Positions 19,560 to 28,300 of a stretch of 30,362 nucleotides of DNA are shown here, piece by piece. Every line of letters starts with the position of its first letter. Position 1 is the stretch's first letter. The stretch is from Bacteroidota bacterium (lineage in GTDB: Bacteria > Bacteroidota > Bacteroidia > 2-12-FULL-35-15): the NCBI GenBank assembly GCA_043783695.1, contig JAYVZC010000524.1, forward strand, positions 1 through 30,362. Reading direction: 5' to 3'. A program made the position numbers and the translations under genes. Below the pieces are notes generated by a model. The model ran no database searches, was not told the DNA's origin, and saw only the letters and a list, made by a program, of their open reading frames with translations.

Positions 19560-21014
19560 TTAGAATTTCAATGGTTTTCCTTGATAAAAGTCAAGCACTT
19601 TTGTTTTAAATACATATTCATATTTTGCTTGCAACAAATCACTTTGTGCTTTGATTAATTTATTTTTAGCATCGTTGTAAACATTGGTATTCAGTAATCC
19701 AACATTAAATTTTTGTTCGGTATACTTAAACGATTCTTGCATTGCCTCAATTGCTTTTAAAGATGCATTGTATTTCTTCAGTCCTGCGCTTGCATCTGCA
19801 TAAGCCTGTTGCACATTTTTTTGGATTGTCAACTTAGTCGACTCAACAGTTAAATCAGCATTCAACTTTTGAATACGAGCTCTATCAATAGACGTTTTTA
19901 TTTGAAAACGATTGAAGATTGGAACAGTCAAATAAAACCCGAAGGATTTATTTACGTTATCACTGTATTGGTTAGCAAAAGGCGTTTTTTCATACGTCCC
20001 GCTTGAAAACAATGGAGACAAAACAGTGTCACCGGCAGAAGTAATATCTCCATTAGCACCGTACCCTTGAAAAGCAGGCAAAGTTGAAAAACGCTGACTA
20101 GCTCCTGAATAACCTGTTCCATAAGATGCGCTAAATGTTAAGCGAGGACTCAATCCTCCCCAGGCAACATCCACATTTTTTTCAGCACTCTTCACCTTGT
20201 ACTCAGCACTTTTAATTTCCGGCAAATTACTTACTGCCGAATTATATATTTGAGTTGATGTTACAGTTAACAATGCATCTGTTCCGATATTCAATTCAGG
20301 TTTCACTATTGTTAAGCCATCCGCTGAAGGCATATTCAATAATTGGGCTAAATTCAAATACGAAATGTCTAATTGATTTTGTCCATTTGTTACATTTAAT
20401 TCTTCCAATGCCAATTGCGATTGAATGTCTAACAATGTTCCTTTTGCTAAAGACCCTGCATCAACTAATATTTTTGTTCTGTCGACCTGGGCAGCGGTTA
20501 TTCCCATTTGGTTTTTAGCATTGTCTACTATTTCAATGCTATACAATATTTGCAAATAGGCAGTAGCAATATTTAATGAGACATCGTTCTTCATCTTTTC
20601 GATATCGTATTTACCCGCCAGGTAAGTAAATTTATTTTGCTGGATGGTGTTTATGTTTTGAAAACCACTAAACAATGTAACATCCGTGCTCAATCCAAAA
20701 TTCTGAGAAAGTACTTGTGCATCGGCAAACTGATTTGTAAACCTGTCAACTGTTCTTCCTATATTATAAGAATGGGAAGCATTCGCATTTAAGGACGGCA
20801 AAAGATTGGCTTTACTTTGAGTTAAAGTTACTTGTGATAATTCAGTATTTAATTCCGATTGTTTAATTTGAATATTATTTTTTAATGCATAGTCGATGCA
20901 TTGCTCCAAAGTCATAGTTTGATTTGTTGCAGACGGAGTTTGTGCATTTGAATTAAATGCGAACAGTGCGGCCAAAAATGAACTCAAAATAAATCTATTT
21001 CTCAGAAAATTCAT
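19560..21014 (-). CDS. TolC family outer-membrane efflux protein
   Basis: Signal peptide from ATG 21014; LEQCIDYALKNN, LLPSLN, LTVPIF, YEYVFKTKVLDFYQG. A minus-strand TAAATTTG -7 element lies at 21032-21039. Confidence 0.9.
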   Translation of the reverse strand: MNFLRNRFILSSFLAALFAFNSNAQTPSATNQTMTLEQCIDYALKNNIQIKQSELNTELSQVTLTQSKANLLPSLNANASHSYNIGRTVDRFTNQFADAQVLSQNFGLSTDVTLFSGFQNINTIQQNKFTYLAGKYDIEKMKNDVSLNIATAYLQILYSIEIVDNAKNQMGITAAQVDRTKILVDAGSLAKGTLLDIQSQLALEELNVTNGQNQLDISYLNLAQLLNMPSADGLTIVKPELNIGTDALLTVTSTQIYNSAVSNLPEIKSAEYKVKSAEKNVDVAWGGLSPRLTFSASYGTGYSGASQRFSTLPAFQGYGANGDITSAGDTVLSPLFSSGTYEKTPFANQYSDNVNKSFGFYLTVPIFNRFQIKTSIDRARIQKLNADLTVESTKLTIQKNVQQAYADASAGLKKYNASLKAIEAMQESFKYTEQKFNVGLLNTNVYNDAKNKLIKAQSDLLQAKYEYVFKTKVLDFYQGKPLKF

Positions 21015-21109
21015 ATGCATCAGATGAGCCACAAATTTAAAAATAGAATTCGATATTTGAAGGATAAATCTCTAATTTAGTAATTGACCAAAAAAACAAA
21101 GGAAACCCG

Positions 21110-23035
21110 CTATGAGATGAACTCCCAAGCCGATTTGTAAGCTCCGATAGACTCGGTATAATCTAAGAATTCCTTATAAAAAGAGTGATTTCCTATCGTT
21201 GCGCTGTCGCCAATTACCACCAGCTTTTTCTTTGCTCTTGTTAAAGCGACATTCATTCTTCGAATATCATTCAAAAATCCAATCTCTCTCAGGTCGTTAC
21301 TTCTTACCATGCTGATGTAAATAATGTCACGTTCCTGTCCTTGAAATCCATCTACTGTTTTTATAGCAATTTGTGATTTGTATTTTTCTAATTCTTCGTC
21401 CTCTGCAATTTTTGCAGTTAAATATTGAACTTGTTCTTTATACGGAGAAATAATTCCTATGCTGATACGTTTGGAAGAATCTTTACAAAGATCATATTGA
21501 GTCAAAAGCATTTTCAAATGTTTTATCAATAATTGCGCTTCCTCCGGATTTGCAATACTCAAACTTTCGGGGTTTACAATTTCGCTGTAACCGCAACCTG
21601 CAGTATCAATAAATTCGACAGCCGTATTCAATAAAAGATCTTGTGTATCTAAAAGTGTTTCTTTCACAGAAATATCCGCTTTCAAATTTCCTTCATAAAA
21701 TTTCTTATTGGAAAAATTCATGATGTTCTCATGCATTCGATATTGTGTGTTTAGCATCACTGCGACATTTTCTATTTTCACGCAACGTTCAAACAATGTT
21801 TCTTTCAAACCTTGTGCTTCAGCAACTTTTGATTTCACTGTCGGAGGCAATTGAAAATGGTCTCCGGCAAAAATTACTCTATTACTTCTGGAGATCGGGA
21901 TCCAACACATTGGCTCAAGGGCTTGTGCAGCTTCATCAATGAACACAGTTGTAAAATGTTTGTCGCGCATCATTCTGCCTGCTGAAACAACCGGTGTGCA
22001 GGCAATCACTTGTGCTTTATCAAATTGTTCATTAATGATATAATCTTCCAATACTCTTGCATCATGTAAAATTTTTCTTGCTTCCTGATAGAATAATTGT
22101 CGCTGTTCACGTTCTTCTTTTCCAAAAGTGCGTTTGTATTTTCCAGCCATTCTAAAATATTCTTCCGCAGTTTTACGATAGCTTTTTAAATCTTTATAAG
22201 ATTCATGAGCCGCAACCTTCGCATCCAAAGTATTCATCAAGACTTCCTCCGAAATACGGGCAGGATTTCCCAGTCGCAAAACCGTAATTCCTTCACGATG
22301 TAATTTTTCAGTCAATAAATCTACAGCGGTGTTGCTCGGACTGCATACCAACACTTGCTTTTCGGTAAATAGCGTTTGTCGGATTACCTGAACAAGTGTT
22401 GTAGTTTTTCCTGTTCCTGGTGGTCCGTGAATAATGGCAATATCTTTTGCAGCAAGAACTTTCTGCACAGCTGAATTTTGTGATTTGTTTAATCCGGTAA
22501 TGTGAAGCGATTCATCGATCTTTTCAAAGACAGGAGGTTTGATTTCATACATCACATCCCGCAAATGTGCCAAACGACTATTAGAAGCATTCATTACTTT
22601 TTCCAAAGCAATGTCCATTTCCTTATAACTGGTTTCATCAAACAATAAATTTATTCCCAATTTTCCATCATCGCACCAGTCGGGAAGTTCATCAATGTTT
22701 AAAGAAAGGCGAATTTTATTTGGACCTAAAACTTTAATTGTTCCATTTAAACTTCCTGATTCAGAATTATTGTTAGAGAAAAGAGAGGCTACTTTTCCAC
22801 CCGAAAATTGATGTGGCTCATTGTGATTGGTAGTTCGTTCAATATCAACAGAAATATATTCTCCCAATCCAATTTCGGTATTTGTAATAACTATTGGATA
22901 CCAAGTAACACCGTTTTGTTTTCGGTGATTAATATTGTTGCGGGAAAAATGTTGTTTGTATTGTGCGAAATCTTCGTCTCTCTCAATTTTTAGAAGTTTT
23001 CGTAATTGTTGTAATCGTTCAAAATTGGGTTCCAT
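21110..23035 (-). CDS. SF1 helicase, IGHMBP2/DNA2-NAM7 family
   Basis: GPPGTGKT, SNTAVD, IDEAAQ, GDHFQLPP, QYRM, TVDGFQGQE and RRMNVALTRAK. Confidence 0.92.
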   Translation of the reverse strand: MEPNFERLQQLRKLLKIERDEDFAQYKQHFSRNNINHRKQNGVTWYPIVITNTEIGLGEYISVDIERTTNHNEPHQFSGGKVASLFSNNNSESGSLNGTIKVLGPNKIRLSLNIDELPDWCDDGKLGINLLFDETSYKEMDIALEKVMNASNSRLAHLRDVMYEIKPPVFEKIDESLHITGLNKSQNSAVQKVLAAKDIAIIHGPPGTGKTTTLVQVIRQTLFTEKQVLVCSPSNTAVDLLTEKLHREGITVLRLGNPARISEEVLMNTLDAKVAAHESYKDLKSYRKTAEEYFRMAGKYKRTFGKEEREQRQLFYQEARKILHDARVLEDYIINEQFDKAQVIACTPVVSAGRMMRDKHFTTVFIDEAAQALEPMCWIPISRSNRVIFAGDHFQLPPTVKSKVAEAQGLKETLFERCVKIENVAVMLNTQYRMHENIMNFSNKKFYEGNLKADISVKETLLDTQDLLLNTAVEFIDTAGCGYSEIVNPESLSIANPEEAQLLIKHLKMLLTQYDLCKDSSKRISIGIISPYKEQVQYLTAKIAEDEELEKYKSQIAIKTVDGFQGQERDIIYISMVRSNDLREIGFLNDIRRMNVALTRAKKKLVVIGDSATIGNHSFYKEFLDYTESIGAYKSAWEFIS

Positions 23036-23064
23036 CAGCAACAATTATGAATAGAATTAAAAAT

Positions 23065-23496
23065 TTATTTTTCAGGAGCAGGCTTTGGGTCATTCATTGG
23101 AACACGATTTCCTAGTCGGTCCATATAATATTCTTCTCCTTCAAGTAAAACTTTTGCTTTCCCATTTACAAAATCATAAATAGCAACAAAGGTTGGCTTA
23201 ATAATAACTGTTCCTTTTGTATCCACCAATCCCCATTTTCTGGACACTCTAACTTTTGCCAGACCATCAACAAAATTTGAAACTTCATCGTATTTAGGAG
23301 GAACTACCACATTTCCTGTTGTATCCACAAAACCCCATTTGTGATTTGACTTTATTTTTGCCAAACCTTGAAAATACGCTCCTTGATAATCATACTTAGA
23401 TGATTTCTCTTTAGTTTTTGATTTTCCTTTTTGTGCAAACGATGTGCTTACAGAAAAAAGGATAACCAATAAAAAGTAAAAGTGTTTTAATTTCAT
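23065..23496 (-). CDS. WG-repeat secreted protein
   Basis: Signal peptide and repeats GLAKIK...KWGFVDTTG, GLAKVR...KWGLVDTKG. A TAAATTTG -7 element lies at 23501-23508 on the minus strand. Confidence 0.85.
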   Translation of the reverse strand: MKLKHFYFLLVILFSVSTSFAQKGKSKTKEKSSKYDYQGAYFQGLAKIKSNHKWGFVDTTGNVVVPPKYDEVSNFVDGLAKVRVSRKWGLVDTKGTVIIKPTFVAIYDFVNGKAKVLLEGEEYYMDRLGNRVPMNDPKPAPEK

Positions 23497-23738
23497 TTTA
23501 CAAATTTAAGGAAAAACTGAAGGCATTAGTTGGCTAAATTTGGTTCAATACTATCTCAAAAAAATTCAAATATCCACAGATAAAATAGAACAATTATAAT
23601 TGCATCCATCATAAAATAGATGTTCTAATAATGGAAGATTAAAGCTTTAAAATTTCTTAAAAGCATCTGTTTTTAATAAGATTCATTTTCCCTTAAAATT
23701 TTAATTATTTGATAATCAACAATTTAAAACAAATACAA

Positions 23739-23789
23739 ATACATAATCTACAGATACATAATATTCTTATGTATATTTGCGTTATGTAT
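23739..23789 (+). promoter_or_regulatory. padR promoter with a putative operator
   Basis: ATACATAA-N5-TTATGTAT perfect inverted repeat (23754-23774) overlapping TATATTTG (23772-23779). Extra half-sites at 23739 and 23782. Confidence 0.65.
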
Positions 23790-24122
23790 TCATCAGAACT
23801 AATAAAAGGGACTTTAAAAACGATAGTTTTAAAGTTGTTATCCGAAACAGAAAGAATGTACGGATATGAGATCACTCAAAAAGTGAAAGAATTAACAAGC
23901 GACAAAATTCAAATCACAGAAGGAGCGCTTTATCCTACACTTCATTCTTTGGAAAAAGACGGAGTTGTAACTACAGAAGTAGTGAAAATCGGAAAACGTA
24001 TAAGAAAATATTATACGCTCACTCCTAAAGGAAAATTAAATGCAACTGAAAAAGTAAATGAATTTGCAGATTACATGAATACCATGAGATTTTTACTTGA
24101 CATAAAACCACAAGTAAGATAA
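23784..24122 (+). CDS. PadR family transcriptional regulator
   Basis: MYSSELIKGTLKTIVLKLL...MYGYEI...GALYPTLHSLEKDG...RKYYTLT. ATG 23784 is the likely start. Confidence 0.9.
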   Translation: MYSSELIKGTLKTIVLKLLSETERMYGYEITQKVKELTSDKIQITEGALYPTLHSLEKDGVVTTEVVKIGKRIRKYYTLTPKGKLNATEKVNEFADYMNTMRFLLDIKPQVR

Positions 24123-25297
24123 TGTATGCATTGAGTGAAAAACAAATTGATTTTATTCTCAACGATATCAAAATTCGCGGTGTTGAGATGGAGGACCTGC
24201 AGCTAAACCTCCTTGATCATATTTGTTGTGTAATTGAATGTGAACTTGACAACGATGGCGATTTTGACAATTTCTATCAAAAAACAATTCCCAGACTTTT
24301 TAAAAAAGAATTGAAAGAGATTGAAGAAGAAACCATTCTATTACTAACCTTTAAAAACTATTATGCCATGAAAAAAGCAATGATAAGAACGGGATTCTTT
24401 TCTGTTATCACAATTATATGGGGTTCGCTTTCAAAACTAATGCACTGGCCCGGTTCAGCCCCTATGCTAATCCTCGGAGTCGGAAGTCTTGCATTAATTT
24501 TTATTCCGTTAATGTTCATTTTAAAAACAAAAGATGAAAGCAGCAAGCGCGATAAATTAATTCTGGGGCTCGCCTCACTAATCGGAATTTCCTTGTGCCT
24601 TGCTACACTGTTTACTGTCATGCATTGGCCAACTCCAACCAATGGCTTCTTTTGGTTTGCCGCGATCTGCATTTCAGCGTTCATTTTTATTCCTGTTTAT
24701 TTTTTCACAGGCATCCGAAATCCTGACACAAAGCTTAACACCATTGTTACCACAGTTATACTTATAGGCGCAACCGGCCTACAATTTACAATGGTAAATA
24801 TGAGACCTGCATTAAAGCTTACGCAGATAAAGATGTACAACTACATTCAAAGTGAAGAGCTTCTGAAAAAAATTCAGACCAATTCAAAAAACCCAGACAA
24901 CGGCCAAAATAAATTGGTAAACGAGATCAATTCAAAAGCAGAGGAGATAAAAAGCATGATCCTAGAAAATGCTATTGGTGAAAAAATAATTCCAAAAGAT
25001 TTTGAAAGCAAAAATATAGAAATGCTGGAAGGTAACTTAGGAGGTGGATTTCACGACAATGGAAATGGGATATCTGAGAATGGAATTCTAGTGCTTAAAG
25101 ACCTGAAAATAGCAATACAAAAATACAATTCATTAGGAACTACAAATGAAGAAAATAAAATTCCCGTGGATCATTCTATTTTAGATATTGAATTTAACAA
25201 AATCGAACGATACAGTAATTATTCTGTATTGAACAACATCACACAAATTCAAATGTATTTGGCAACAGCCGAAAATAAAGTAACAGCTTATAAATAG
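24122..25297 (+). CDS. PadR-coupled membrane protein (GldL-N-like TM segments)
   Basis: Start overlaps the padR stop; N-terminal LLDHICCVIE motif; repeated xMHWPx TM hairpins; soluble C-terminal tail. Confidence 0.7.
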   Translation: MYALSEKQIDFILNDIKIRGVEMEDLQLNLLDHICCVIECELDNDGDFDNFYQKTIPRLFKKELKEIEEETILLLTFKNYYAMKKAMIRTGFFSVITIIWGSLSKLMHWPGSAPMLILGVGSLALIFIPLMFILKTKDESSKRDKLILGLASLIGISLCLATLFTVMHWPTPTNGFFWFAAICISAFIFIPVYFFTGIRNPDTKLNTIVTTVILIGATGLQFTMVNMRPALKLTQIKMYNYIQSEELLKKIQTNSKNPDNGQNKLVNEINSKAEEIKSMILENAIGEKIIPKDFESKNIEMLEGNLGGGFHDNGNGISENGILVLKDLKIAIQKYNSLGTTNEENKIPVDHSILDIEFNKIERYSNYSVLNNITQIQMYLATAENKVTAYK

Positions 25298-25353
25298 ATT
25301 TTGATCTTCAAAAACATTTCAGATTGCTGTCATGCAAAAAAAGCATCTGAAAT

Positions 25354-25390
25354 AAAAAATCCCCGTTTCGTAGCATGGCGGGGATTTTTT
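25354..25390. terminator. Bidirectional intrinsic terminator
   Basis: AAAAAATCCCCG / CGGGGATTTTTT stem between convergent genes. Confidence 0.85.
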
Positions 25391-25397
25391 GCTTTTA

Positions 25398-28300
25398 TTA
25401 ATAAGCCAAATTCGGACCTAACCAACGTTCTGCTTTATCCAAACTCATTCCTTTTCTTTTAGCATAATCTACTACTTGATCTTGTTTAATTTTGCCAATT
25501 CCAAAATAGTGCGATTGAGGATGAGCAAAATATAAACCACTAACAGCAGCTGTTGGAAACATAGCCATGCTTTCTGTTAAAATCATTCCAGTATTTTTTT
25601 CTACATCCAATAATTTCCAGATAGTTGGTTTCTCGGTATGATCGGGTTGTGCCGGATAACCTGGAGCTGGACGAATTCCCGCGTATTCTTCCTTTATTAA
25701 TTCTTCATTTTTCAAATTCTCCTCTTTTGCATATCCCCAGAATTCTTTTCTCACTTTTTTATGCATCAACTCAGCAAAAGCTTCCGCCAAACGATCGGCC
25801 AATGCTTTTAACATGATGGCAGAATAATCGTCATGGTCTTTTTCGAAACGGGAAACGTGTTCATCAATTCCAATTCCGGTTGTGAGGGCAAAGGATCCAA
25901 TGTAATCAGACCTCACCCCCGGCCCCTCTCCGAAGGAGAGGGGTGCGAGTTCCTCTTTAATTTTTTTGATTACTTCATCTATGGAAGTTAAAACAGATTT
26001 GTTGGAAAAACGGATTACTCTGTATCCGATATCTTCAAGCATATACGTTCTCCCATCATCATATTCTTTTTGATGATTGTGAATCTCTCCATCAACTTCA
26101 ACAATTAGTTTCTCTTCAATACAAATAAAATCCGCTATAAATTGTCCTATTGGATGTTGTCTTCTAAACTTCGATTCTAATTTACGATTACGTAACTCTT
26201 GCCATAATTTTTCTTCCGCTGGAGTTGGTGATTTACGCATACTTTTCGCATGAAGAATATTTCGACTCCAATTTTCCCAATCTGCAGTATGATATCTCGG
26301 AACGCCTCCCCTCTCCTTCGGAGAGGGGCTGGGGGTGAGGTCTTTTGGCAAAACAAAATCCGACAAAGCAACATTATATTGTCCGGCTGGTTTTTTTGTT
26401 TGCTGGCGCAATGAATGAAAAGTTGTTTTTATTTCTTTTCTACTTTCATCAGTATAAACTTCTATATCATCTGAATTGATTTGATTAGCAGGATAAATTC
26501 CAATCACAGCATTTGCCTTCAGCCATTTTTCATCAATAATCTTTTTTAACATGGCTTGAGCATCGTCAAATAATTTACGTGCTTCTTCTCCACGAGTTGG
26601 GTCTTTTAATATTTTTGGATAAGAACCTTTCATTTCCCAAGAGATGAAGAAAGGTGTCCAGTCAATGTATTCAGCTATTTCCGATAAAGGATAATCATTG
26701 ATGACTTTATTTCCAATGAAAGATGGTTTTACAATTTCTGTTTTATTCCAATCAATTGGAAATTTATTTTCGCGTGCTTCTGCTATTGAAATAAATTTAT
26801 TTTGTGATTGAGCATTTTTATTTTGTTCGCGAACACGGTCATAATCCTTAGTGATTTCAACCATAAAAGCATCACGCAATTCATCCGAAATTAAACTACT
26901 AGCAACTGGAACTGATTTACTAGCATCGTTCACATGTACAACAGGACCAGAATAATTTTGAGCAATTTTTACAGCCGTATGCACTTTAGAAGTTGTTGCG
27001 CCACCAATTAATAAAGGAGTTTTAAATCCTAAACGTTCCATTTCTTTGGCAACATGAACCATTTCATCCAACGATGGTGTAATCAATCCGCTCAAACCAA
27101 TTATATCGACATCATGTTTTTTTGCTTCCTCTAAAATTTTATCAGCAGAAACCATTACACCTAAATCAATGATTTCATAATTGTTACAAGCCAATACCAC
27201 TCCGACAATATTTTTTCCAATATCGTGAACATCACCTTTTACCGTTGCCATTAATATTTTTCCGCGCCCCCTAGCCCCACCCGACCTCCCCAAAGGGGAG
27301 GAGCTGGATTTCGAGTCTAAGAATGATTTGATTTTAGCTAATACATTGTCTGTGTCAACGAGAACTTCTTCATTAGTAAATCGAATTACTTTGTATCCTT
27401 TTTCTTCCAACCAGCTAGTTCTTTGAGCATCATTTTCTATATTTTCTGGTAATTGATGAATTAAGCCATCAATTTCAATTATTAGTTTTTTTGATAAACA
27501 AACTAGGTCAGCAATATATTTTCCTATTATATGTTGTCTTCTAAATTTATGCTCCCCTAATTTTTTTCCTTTAACTAAACTCCATAAGGCATTCTCTGCT
27601 TCAGTGGGATTGCTTCTATGTTTTTCAGCAAACTCCTTCAAAAGTGGATATAAAATTGGATCCGCTGTTTCATAATCATGACGATGAGCAGCTCCCTTTC
27701 CTTCGGAAAGGGCTAGGGATAGGCTTTTTTCTTTTTCGGCTTGAAGATAGGGCTCTAAATATGCAACTGCTTTTTTCATAACACGTGCACTCTTCACCAC
27801 TTGAGGTAAAAACATTTTTCCGCTTCCAAACAAATCACCCACCACATTCATTCCATCCATCAATGGTCCTTCAATAACATGCAAGGGCCGGCCTAATTTT
27901 AATCTTGCCTCTTCTGTATCTACATCAATATATTCTACAAGTCCTTTTACAAGAGCATGACTCAAACGTTCCTCCACTGTTCCTTTTCTCCATTCTTCAT
28001 TTTTCTCCGCTTTTTCTTTTGTAATTCCTTTCAATGATTCAGCATGGTCAACTAATCTTTCTGTAGCATCATCTCTTCTGTTCAATAAAACATCTTCTAC
28101 CAATTCCAATAATGTTTTATCAATATCATCATACACTTGCAATTGTGCAGGATTTACAATTCCCATATCCATTCCTGCTTTTACAGCATGATATAAAAAT
28201 GCACCGTGAATTGCTTCACGCACATGATCATTCCCTCTGAAAGAAAATGAAACATTACTAACTCCTCCGCTCACTTTTGCAAACGGAAGATTTTCCTTGA

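Noticed and set aside
18031-21014. TolC and MFP without an inner-membrane transporter as an unusual system
   Set aside because: As I recall, tolC-MFP-tsaB synteny with the transporter encoded elsewhere is common in Bacteroidota.
21110-23035. Helicase as part of a defence system
   Set aside because: No partner nuclease or defence-island context is adjacent; stand-alone IGHMBP2-like helicases are widespread in this phylum.
25908-26343. Classical IS element
   Set aside because: There are terminal inverted repeats but no DDE, HUH or serine transposase, no target duplication, and no independent stop codon.
25908-27725. Inteins in MetH
   Set aside because: Neither insert starts with an intein-like block or ends in His-Asn before Cys/Ser/Thr. 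There is no room for a HINT domain, and the nuclease is not LAGLIDADG or HNH.
25908-27725. Group I or II introns
   Set aside because: The inserts are almost entirely protein-coding between short repeats, and no ribozyme core motifs are visible.
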